This document shows, piece after piece, positions 57,701 to 64,000 of a stretch of DNA of 64,000 nucleotides (the stretch's first letter is position 1; every line of letters begins with the position of its first letter). The notes beneath the pieces are model-generated. The model saw only the letters and a program-made list of their open reading frames with translations, was not told the DNA's origin and searched no databases. The DNA comes from Methylococcaceae bacterium (GTDB taxonomy: Bacteria > Patescibacteriota > Microgenomatia > UBA1400 > PJMF01). A program made the translations under genes and the position numbers. The stretch lies in contig JBILVZ010000001.1 in NCBI GenBank assembly GCA_044370175.1, forward strand, positions 43,579-107,578, given 5' to 3'.

Positions 57701-58606
57701 GCCATCAAGTCGAGTAATCAGTGCTGCTGATTCAAGTGTTTGTGGGTCAATCTTGCCTAGTACAAGCCTCAGCTTGATCAGTGAACATCGCAGTTCTAGC
57801 CCTTGCTCATACACCGGGATCTTATCAGTGTCCCTATTAATCGAAATCATTCGATTTAAAGTGTCCATGACTTCCCAGGTGAGATCATACTGTAGTACAT
57901 TGGATTGCCTCAAGGTGAGGATATGCTTTTTAAATTCTGCAGCAGATTGTAGTGCCAGCTCTCGTATGAGACGATCTGCGGTACGCATCTGTTCAGCCGA
58001 GCCAAGTGGGGTGACATGAACAAGGCGATCAAAAGTATTTTCATTACCCTGTTCATCTTCAGGGAGTGTTAGTCCCAATCTTTTCCGCAAACCAATATAG
58101 AGAAGTAACATTTGGTACGTTTGTCGTGCTTTTTCCTCTAAGTCAGCGTGTAACGTATTGTGCGTGGGTGCGGAATCTGCAGCAGTTGCTAACGAGTCTG
58201 TTGATAGATTTTCCTTAATGTCTTGCAGGCTCCGCATCTCTGCACGTAGTCGACTACCTAGATCTGATAAACCTATAAACTTTAGTTCATCAGTCCTGAG
58301 TGTAGAATCCTGTGTATCGTAGGAGTTTTGCCATGCATCTACAACAGTTCTAATATGGCTATTCTCCTGTCTAGAACTTTCTTGGGCTGGTTGATGTTCT
58401 GATGCCGTGGTTTGTAGAGCGTTTACTACTTCAGTATCTAGAGAGGACTCTTTTTCTTGAGATTTCGTTGTCCAGATTTTATCAAATCCTTCAAAAAATT
58501 CCATATGTCCTTTTGTAGTTTTTGTGGTATTACTTTTGCTCGGCTGTATACACAATATACTATCACTATAGCAAAGAGAGCTGCCATAGTGCAAATTACA
58601 ATGCAC
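54740..58606 (-). CDS. very large hypothetical multi-domain protein (1288 aa)
   Basis: Continuous ORF. About 350 aa of N-terminal hydrophilic region, then three hydrophobic segments (..GIGSGVAVNAVALGLRSV.., ..MTIQMVSSLVTAASFGGAAYL.., ..LGYAFGSLAFNLGVAGI..). A Pro/Thr/Ser-rich linker (..TPSPESTSQVPTPLSTL..PLPTPTPEG..) and about 700 aa of further domains follow. No N-terminal signal peptide. No known motif recognised. Confidence 0.5.
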   Translation of the reverse strand: MHCNLHYGSSLCYSDSILCIQPSKSNTTKTTKGHMEFFEGFDKIWTTKSQEKESSLDTEVVNALQTTASEHQPAQESSRQENSHIRTVVDAWQNSYDTQDSTLRTDELKFIGLSDLGSRLRAEMRSLQDIKENLSTDSLATAADSAPTHNTLHADLEEKARQTYQMLLLYIGLRKRLGLTLPEDEQGNENTFDRLVHVTPLGSAEQMRTADRLIRELALQSAAEFKKHILTLRQSNVLQYDLTWEVMDTLNRMISINRDTDKIPVYEQGLELRCSLIKLRLVLGKIDPQTLESAALITRLDGTLFTNDDGYSSTITADQEINVKLSQEALSEDQARVLEGFLAEEQRIPKWKKMLTALTAGKSLYAGIGSGVAVNAVALGLRSVGVEADIANINMTIQMVSSLVTAASFGGAAYLRGRLANYYNTDPNVTEQVYRAFFRGSDKLEDVINKLSAGRLGVAEVAKFSLGYAFGSLAFNLGVAGIDTLNSPVQTEQLTQDATTVATPSPESTSQVPTPLSTLTAESFEQPQSPLPTPTPEGVEPTHVNTHTSGIAVVTTDKHHGEAANPSGEIVPPPRNYRVDPNHHGEFPGDESFHTVSRAESSALNVGHSAAIQPTENVVNWGDHVSLNGQMVEVPHTFADFESTSVIRDPNDSNGVWLIGHQEPGSADLGLENGDYAIHLTVQPDANGKSHLVIDAQGFALEASGHAAETLAAKADSRSITTDFYLKPITDLRPGEQPPFSEDSLVGENVRTLFGTGKDTTVTAANTVRSTTYDDFNGRETVTASEAQSNTPVIDVKPSQPQSIDLDNIQIDTEKLPETATTMAQRLWQRAITTFDIPNVSAQPIETAPTVESTALTEPAEVVTLKPETFNEPHIWHMAEEASTQVVTELNSLPLPEGHRQVSVAEVADGIKDWTKATNLAIAEARNQPYQDLSNGDQVVSADTFASYDEMMQFMTNTTEIAGVVPSPAQAEAMAKLLYATYSSPTAADQLATDLRTGFNALPAVGGGGLGTEWSAETIARNHADVLEGLFDRTNTHDQASTVLPATATQAEIQPSEQPTTGETTTAVATQDAAQKETATALTATEDLAQAHPNVDSLYGELRQQYPQILERLGNNEAGKNVIHYFAEHVMTEPYEQALQKLQPDNELKLAVLGHQAQVKLEAGIQDALHSQESPITPQEATTIDVSDARLGLSPAAVVLAHVIEGDMTPVTVNIAGRSVELSVAQQNEILARALGNPQVSGLLTPVNGQLSAERINGAFAAINIFDPALFNGNDSAYRIQYAQAKVN

Positions 58607-58636
58607 TATGGCAGCTCAGCCGTTATGTGGCAGCCG

Positions 58637-60841
58637 CTATATCGGACAGGCACCACTCTCACACTTCAAGTGTTCATAGTCGATGTCTTCAAGCAACTCC
58701 TCTTCATTTTCGATCTCATTGAGGACGCGCATAAACTCACTGATAGTGACTGGTTGTTCTGGTTGGTACTCATAGGCAGTACTATCTTGTTGTGGCATAA
58801 CTGAGCAACACTTAATGAGTCCTTGGTACTTGCGCACCATCTCAGCAAACTCCTCATACTTCACCCGTTTTGGATCATACTTGAGGGTGTAGGAGACTTG
58901 GTTGCCCGTGTCTTCTAGTGGTTTGCCATTCTCATTAACCCCGACAATCCAGTATTTTTCAAGCAACATTAGCCATTTGTACTGCTCTTCTGGAGTGGCT
59001 TCACCTGCAGTCACGAGCTCACCATTCATACCCAGACGGCAAATGAGTGGCTGGGTGGGAAAGCCCACCACGGTAGAACCTTGATAACTCCTCAGCTCTT
59101 TGACTGGATACCCTTTTTTCTTGTACTTCTCCACCTGTGGATCGTCACTGCGATACTGCACCCAGCGGATGTACTCACGCATAGATGGTAAGTGGGCACC
59201 TTCCGTCAGAGCAAACAGCTTAGAGATCGTCCCCGAAGGTTTGATGGTCGTGTTGGTGTGCGGCACATTCACCTTCAAGAGCTTGGAGTACTTTTCTGCC
59301 TCATCAACGACGGCTCGTTTAAAACGGGACAGCGTCATCCAGAAGTCTTTGGTTTTTTCTTCATCGATCAGGTCGCGAAAGGCATAGCCAAACGTATTCC
59401 AGGCAAATTCGTGAATCCCCGTCATACCCACACCAATCCGGTTGGTGCGCTTGACCTCGCGGTTGTACAAACTATCCATGAAACTGTTGACCCGGATCAA
59501 TGCCCGAGTAGTAGCTCGGAAAGCCTCTTCAGCGTCGTTAATGGTAGGACAGTAGTAGGGTACGACATCAGAGATCACACAGTAGCCTCCCAGCATGTTG
59601 AGTGAAATCTCACCACAGGGGTTGGGGATCTGCGTGTAGACTTTGGCGGCTGCATTACGAGCAATACGAGACAACATTTTTTCTGTACGAGCTAATGGCT
59701 TGTATTTTTTACTCTCGGCATACTTGCCATCAGCATAGTTATCAAAACCTTCGTCGTTCTGCACTAGGCGGTGTTGATTGACAAAACCTGGCTCACCGGT
59801 GCCATCTTCATAGGCTGCTTTGAGAATTGTCTCCAAGACTTTGCGGGCATGATTGGTGCGCTGCTTCCAGAACTTGTCGTCAACAGCCACTGAGTTGTTG
59901 GCACTCCACAAGAAACCGCCACGTTTGATATTGATGAAGTCAAAAATTTCAGGATCATTCCATGCTTTAGTAGCAATCCGTGCACTGCGGCGAGCACCAC
60001 CCACCAGCACACACTCAGCCAAGTAGTGATCGACAAACATCGCTTGCTTCCAAGGAGACATCCCAGCACCTTTGATGGTGGCCACTTTTTCAATTGCATT
60101 CATCAGTGGCTTTGGACCAGAAGAAGGGCGGTTCTGCATACCACGGATTGGTGCTCCTTTAGGGCGAACTTTAGAAAAGTCCAAAATGAGGATACCGTCT
60201 TTGTGTTTTTTCTCAAAAGCCATCATTTCCATCATTTCAATGGCTTGCGACCAGCCTTCTCGGCTGTCTGGTACTTCAAACCAAGTGACACTTTCACTCT
60301 CGCCATATTTGTGGCGTGCATCGCGGACACTTTCATCAAAACCCCAGACGAAATCAGCGTGTGAGTCATCAATTACGCAGCGAACATTTGGCATGTTGTC
60401 CCAGTTGACTACACACAGATCATCGTCATAAGGCCTGCCTACTCCTGAGCCATTCATCAGTAAGTAAAACAGGACGTATGATGCAGTAGCAGTAGAACAG
60501 TTGGTAAAGACCTCCATGTTGCGCTCTGCTTGAGAGATATCCCCATGTTGGAGGTGGCGACCAGACATCAGAATCGAGCCATTACTAATATGTTTTTTCA
60601 AAATGGCATAGTCTTCTTGGCGGTGTTTGTCAAACTTCTTATTTTTTGAGTACCCCAGCAAACTAGTATTTCCCAGAGCCACACGTTCGGCCACTTCTTC
60701 CCAAGTTTCCCAGCGCTCATGACCACTTTTAGCATCGATGACACGGCGCAAATAGGTACGGCGCGCCACAGCCATTCCCATCCCACCATCGAGTTTACGA
60801 TTGATAAAGGTCATTTTCTTTTTTGGCAGACTTGGTGACAT
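58637..60841 (-). CDS. nrdJ: class II (adenosylcobalamin-dependent) ribonucleotide reductase, NrdJ-like
   Basis: 734-aa monomeric RNR-sized protein. N-terminal ATP-cone-like region. Finger-loop catalytic motif ..IPNPCGEISL.. C-terminal redox Cys pair ..CESGACPI. No glycyl-radical motif. Confidence 0.7.
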   Translation of the reverse strand: MSPSLPKKKMTFINRKLDGGMGMAVARRTYLRRVIDAKSGHERWETWEEVAERVALGNTSLLGYSKNKKFDKHRQEDYAILKKHISNGSILMSGRHLQHGDISQAERNMEVFTNCSTATASYVLFYLLMNGSGVGRPYDDDLCVVNWDNMPNVRCVIDDSHADFVWGFDESVRDARHKYGESESVTWFEVPDSREGWSQAIEMMEMMAFEKKHKDGILILDFSKVRPKGAPIRGMQNRPSSGPKPLMNAIEKVATIKGAGMSPWKQAMFVDHYLAECVLVGGARRSARIATKAWNDPEIFDFINIKRGGFLWSANNSVAVDDKFWKQRTNHARKVLETILKAAYEDGTGEPGFVNQHRLVQNDEGFDNYADGKYAESKKYKPLARTEKMLSRIARNAAAKVYTQIPNPCGEISLNMLGGYCVISDVVPYYCPTINDAEEAFRATTRALIRVNSFMDSLYNREVKRTNRIGVGMTGIHEFAWNTFGYAFRDLIDEEKTKDFWMTLSRFKRAVVDEAEKYSKLLKVNVPHTNTTIKPSGTISKLFALTEGAHLPSMREYIRWVQYRSDDPQVEKYKKKGYPVKELRSYQGSTVVGFPTQPLICRLGMNGELVTAGEATPEEQYKWLMLLEKYWIVGVNENGKPLEDTGNQVSYTLKYDPKRVKYEEFAEMVRKYQGLIKCCSVMPQQDSTAYEYQPEQPVTISEFMRVLNEIENEEELLEDIDYEHLKCESGACPI

Positions 60842-60853
60842 ACATTCCTCCTT

Positions 60854-61327
60854 CTAGGTTACTGCTGCACTTGGCAGTGGCTGCTTCAGCCTTTTTATTT
60901 CCTGTTCAAAATCTTCTACACTTTCAAAATCTCGGTATACACTCGCAAAGAGCAGATACGATAGTGGGTCAACTACTTTGAGCCGTTCGATCACTAAGTT
61001 GCCGATCTCCCAACTTTTAATCTCACACATTTCGCGTTGCCTCAATTTGCGCTCAATATCATCAATCATCTCTTCTACGACACTCATGGAAACTGGTCTC
61101 TTCCATGTAGCTTTGACGACACCACGACGGAGCTTGTCTCTATTAAAGTCTTCCTTCGTACCATTCTTCTTTATAACTTTTAAATCAATGCCCTCTACCC
61201 GCTCATAGGTAGTAAAGCGCTTGCCACACTCAGTGCAGTGTCGGCGACGGCGAATGCTCGTCACTTCATCAGCTTCGCGCGAGTCCACTACTGAAGTTTC
61301 TGTTTTACCACAATATGGACATTTCAT
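60854..61327 (-). CDS. nrdR: transcriptional repressor NrdR
   Basis: MKCPYCG..HCTECGKRFTTYE (zinc ribbon) plus an ATP-cone (..KKNGTKEDFNRDKLRRGV..). Start at 61327. Confidence 0.9.
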   Translation of the reverse strand: MKCPYCGKTETSVVDSREADEVTSIRRRRHCTECGKRFTTYERVEGIDLKVIKKNGTKEDFNRDKLRRGVVKATWKRPVSMSVVEEMIDDIERKLRQREMCEIKSWEIGNLVIERLKVVDPLSYLLFASVYRDFESVEDFEQEIKRLKQPLPSAAVT

Positions 61328-61343
61328 ATGTATACTTTTAAAG

Positions 61344-61389
61344 CACAATCTATTGTGTCTCCAAGACCTACTTTACACAATCTGTTGTG
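61344..61389. promoter_or_regulatory. two tandem NrdR boxes upstream of nrdR-nrdJ
   Basis: Box 1 CACAATCTATTGTG (61344-61357) and box 2 CACAATCTGTTGTG (61376-61389). Both are 14-bp palindromes with centres about 32 bp apart, 17-62 nt upstream of the nrdR start. Confidence 0.6.
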
Positions 61390-61458
61390 CCTATAGCTTG
61401 GCGGATATAAAGAATCTCACGGTTTGGGGATCGCTGTCAACTAATCAAAAAAGATCAA

Positions 61459-62058
61459 TTATCGACTTTTTTGAAGATCTAAAGTACTCAATTTTTGATA
61501 AATGATTTGAGTATCTCGGTGCAGGTCATCAATTGTTTGTGTGTCGGTATTAGCCATCTGCTGTTTGAAAGTTGGTAGCTGTGTAAGGGAGTTGGCAAAT
61601 GCAGTTTGTACTACCTGTATCGTCTCTGGAGTATACAGATCAGGATTAGCAAGAACTTCATTACCTGCAATAAATAAGTACTTTTGCGATTTTGTCAGGG
61701 TGGTAAGTGCTAGTACTGGCTGCTCTTTTTCGATTAGCTGTACGGCATACCCATAGCGTCGCGCCGAAAACTCAATGCGCAGCAGTATTTTTGCTTCACC
61801 ATCTGCAGTCAATAGCTTGGCTCGATCACCCACCATGAGTAGTGGATAAAAAATATTATCAGGTAAAATTGTTTGATTAAAATACACCTTCTGAGCCAAT
61901 AATCGGCTTGTATCTCCCGCTGCATTGCGGTTGGCAGAAAGTAGCGACACGAGCAAAATAAACGTGCCAAAGAGCAAGAGTAACACAGGAAAACTTTTTT
62001 TAAGCATTTTTTCCATAAGTAAGTTGGTAGCTGTACTATAGGTACGCACCACAGACAC
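61459..62058 (-). CDS. membrane-anchored hypothetical protein
   Basis: 199 aa. N-terminal TM helix (FPVLLLLFGTFILLVSLL), then an extracytoplasmic domain. Confidence 0.4.
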   Translation of the reverse strand: MSVVRTYSTATNLLMEKMLKKSFPVLLLLFGTFILLVSLLSANRNAAGDTSRLLAQKVYFNQTILPDNIFYPLLMVGDRAKLLTADGEAKILLRIEFSARRYGYAVQLIEKEQPVLALTTLTKSQKYLFIAGNEVLANPDLYTPETIQVVQTAFANSLTQLPTFKQQMANTDTQTIDDLHRDTQIIYQKLSTLDLQKSR

Positions 62059-62085
62059 CTCAACGAGTTGTATATTGTACGCTAC

Positions 62086-62787
62086 TTACCAAGTATGAAC
62101 TAACAGGACCATGCCCCAGATGGCATGGGAAAGTATGAGTGCGTAGGTATTTCTTCTTCCAATAAACAAAAATGATTGCCCGAGGGCAAATAAGAATAAT
62201 AGAATTGCCTGGAAAAACATCGCTTGGATCGAGATATCAGAAAAGCGCAAATAAATATTGGGAAGGTGAAAGATGAGAAAGATGAGGGCTGCTAAAAGTG
62301 CTTGGTTGGAAACTGCCCACCGAGAGTATTTTTCTTGGATGACGGTCAGGATAAAAGTGAAAAATAGTAGTGTCTCCCAAAAGCCAGTAAATAAAGCCAG
62401 AATAAACTCACCCCAGAATCGCTCAGAGCTAAAGAGCGCTACGGACTGCACCGGGACATCACGAGTGAATAGGGTGAGTATTGAGGTGGCAAAGCCAAAA
62501 ATACCACCAACTGCTAGGCCTAGTAAAACTCCTGATTGAAACTTACGCAATGACATTGTTTCAAGGATTTTTTTGGCCCCTACCATATTGATATAGAGCC
62601 AAACCGGAAAACCAAAGAATAATGCTTTTCCTATTGTTTCATCAAAAAGAACGGGGAAATCAAATAGTCGACGATACAGAATCCACAAGACGAGCGTCAA
62701 GACCACCATGGGATAGAAGACGATGTGGGACTCTTGTCCGATCGAGCTTGCTGCTGTTTTAGTGCGCTTCTTTGCGAGTGATGGCAT
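62086..62787 (-). CDS. polytopic membrane protein, possibly CPBP (CAAX protease/Abi)-family
   Basis: 233 aa with about 6 TM helices. Partial CPBP motifs ..GFWETLLFF.. and ..FLIFHLPN.. (FxxxH). The third motif is unclear. The start may be an internal Met, since the listed ORF overlaps the upstream gene by 29 nt. Confidence 0.4.
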   Translation of the reverse strand: MPSLAKKRTKTAASSIGQESHIVFYPMVVLTLVLWILYRRLFDFPVLFDETIGKALFFGFPVWLYINMVGAKKILETMSLRKFQSGVLLGLAVGGIFGFATSILTLFTRDVPVQSVALFSSERFWGEFILALFTGFWETLLFFTFILTVIQEKYSRWAVSNQALLAALIFLIFHLPNIYLRFSDISIQAMFFQAILLFLFALGQSFLFIGRRNTYALILSHAIWGMVLLVHTW

Positions 62788-63409
62788 GTATAACTAAGTC
62801 CAGTGCTTCGCTTTGGTTTGTGGAGTACGTATCTACAACTATATCGTATAAATTTGGCTGCCAAAAATCAATCGGATCACTCTCGGTCGCTTTTCCTTTT
62901 GCTACGACCCAATCATGCCACTCTTGCTTGTACATTCTGCGCCATTTAGCAACATTAGTACGATAGCGGTGGTTCATATTTTCAAGCGCTTGCTCTGGTG
63001 TGACCTTATCGCGATTAACAATGCGATCCACCTTGACTGCAGTGTTGCTACAGATCATCAGAATTTTACAGGTACCCGCAACACCTTGAGCCATAAAACC
63101 CGACAACCAAGATTCTAAGATCCAGAAATTTTCTGTGGAGAGACGATTTCGCATCCCCATATCTACTTCTCGATCAAAGTCTTCTCCATACGCTTCTGCA
63201 GTGTGATGGAGTTTACCATCTTGATCGAGTAAATCTCGTTCTGCTGCGTATGCACGCATAAACTCACCACCACTAAACCCCTTCCAGCCGTGCAACTTTA
63301 GATCAGGATGTTCGCGGAGTTTATTGAGTAAAGTTGTAGAGCCAGAACCAGGCAACCCTGAAACACTAATGTTCTTATATACAAAATTATCTGCAAGGAG
63401 GTTTGACAT
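62759..63409 (-). CDS. P-loop nucleoside/nucleotide kinase-like protein (cytidylate kinase-like fold)
   Basis: 216 aa. N-terminal Walker A ..ISVSGLPGSGSTTLLNKL.. Confidence 0.5.
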   Translation of the reverse strand: MSNLLADNFVYKNISVSGLPGSGSTTLLNKLREHPDLKLHGWKGFSGGEFMRAYAAERDLLDQDGKLHHTAEAYGEDFDREVDMGMRNRLSTENFWILESWLSGFMAQGVAGTCKILMICSNTAVKVDRIVNRDKVTPEQALENMNHRYRTNVAKWRRMYKQEWHDWVVAKGKATESDPIDFWQPNLYDIVVDTYSTNQSEALDLVIHAITRKEAH

Positions 63410-63511
63410 AAGACCTTAAAATAGTAAGTATGTATTATAGGCACACTCTTGTATAAGTGCAAACATCTGGAATTTGCTTGTAAATACACCCCAACATGCT
63501 ACAGTACAAGT

Positions 63512-63787
63512 ATGGAGGAAATGCTAGTTTCTCAGGATCACCTAGAAGTACTCGTGCATGACGAACACGGGATATTGTATCAAGGTGCTGCGCAAGCAGT
63601 TACCTCAATCAATGAGCAGGGTATTTTTGATATTTTACCCGACCACACCAACTTTATTACTCTTATCAAAGACAAACTAGAGATCGTAACAACACAAGGT
63701 GAAAAACAAACCTTTGCAGTAGCAGGAGGAATTCTGCACTGTTACACCTCGCAAGTGGAAGTGTACTTGGGTGTAGGTGAAAAATAA
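63512..63787 (+). CDS. ATP synthase epsilon-subunit-like beta-sandwich domain protein (orphan)
   Basis: ..LEVLVHDEHGILYQGAAQAVTSINEQGIFDILPDHTNFITLIKDKLEIVTTQGEKQTFAVAGGILHCYTSQVEVYLG.. follows the AtpC N-terminal domain pattern (..GELGIYPGHAPLLTAI..IYLSGGILEV..). No other atp genes nearby. Start taken at the ATG at 63512. Confidence 0.4.
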   Translation: MEEMLVSQDHLEVLVHDEHGILYQGAAQAVTSINEQGIFDILPDHTNFITLIKDKLEIVTTQGEKQTFAVAGGILHCYTSQVEVYLGVGEK

Positions 63788-63806
63788 TCGGGGCACGTAT
63801 CTGCTA

Positions 63807-64000
63807 GTGCAGTTGCAGCTCAGCTAAACTACCACCCTGTAGGAAGCGCTCAGGATCAGTGCTATCAAATGTGCCTTGTAAGATATCTGCTACATCTTGA
63901 ACACACGTCATGCGGGGGACAAAAGTGCCGGGCTTGCCAGTTTGAACAGCACTGACAAAGAAACTCTGTGTTAGGTAGTTTTTTAAGATTTGCGCGCGTT
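63807..64000 (-). CDS. partial CDS (C-terminal fragment), unknown function
   Basis: Minus-strand frame stays open from the window edge to TAG at 63804-63806 (..AVQTGKPGTFVPRMTCVQDVADILQGTFDSTDPERFLQGGSLAELQLH*). Truncated by the window end. Confidence 0.3.

Noticed and set aside
1-64000. CRISPR arrays, rRNA genes, IS elements or transposase genes.
   Set aside because: No regularly spaced direct repeats, no rRNA-like conserved segments and no transposase-like ORFs were seen. The only mobile-type elements supported are the sufB intein and the Xer-type recombinase.

Overview
This 64 kb window is a gene-dense bacterial chromosomal segment, about 90 percent coding, with most genes on the minus strand and GC content varying between genes. 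The gene content suggests a reduced, small-genome bacterium (Patescibacteria/CPR-like): short IF-2, HrcA and SufD, a stand-alone 5'-3' exonuclease, class II RNR, and several paralogous GT39-type membrane glycosyltransferases. That lineage assignment is inference, not proof.

Recognisable content, in order:
- A suf Fe-S cluster operon, with sufC, a NUDIX gene, sufB, short sufD, one hypothetical, sufS and sufU.
- A nusA-infB ... rpsO-pnp transcription/translation block with inserted genes.
- Two heat-shock loci, hrcA-grpE-X-dnaK plus GT2-GT39-dnaJ and groES-groEL, each preceded by a CIRCE-like inverted repeat.
- ftsH, trpS, a Xer-type tyrosine recombinase, and a divergent pair of tRNA genes with CAT anticodons.
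- A tsaC-tsaE fusion translationally coupled to tsaD.
- nrdR plus a class II ribonucleotide reductase preceded by two NrdR boxes.

Findings worth a second look:
1. sufB carries a 379-codon mini-intein with a LAGLIDADG homing-endonuclease domain. It sits exactly at the conserved ...HYIEG|CTAP... active-site region. Excision would leave a 474-aa SufB.
2. An AT-rich islet at about 7.2-7.9 kb holds a minimal-nucleotidyltransferase (MNT-like) reading frame interrupted by an in-frame TAA, followed by a tightly coupled small ORF. This is a candidate degraded or recoded toxin-antitoxin-like pair.
3. A 1288-aa multi-domain protein with no recognisable family, with a co-oriented 106-aa partner.
4. Arg-Gly-rich tails on PNPase and on the DEAD-box helicase.
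5. A protein O-glycosylation-like GT2+GT39 module wedged inside the dnaK/dnaJ locus.

No CRISPR array, rRNA or obvious transposon was seen. All calls rest on reading the six-frame translations and the DNA by eye. No database search was run.
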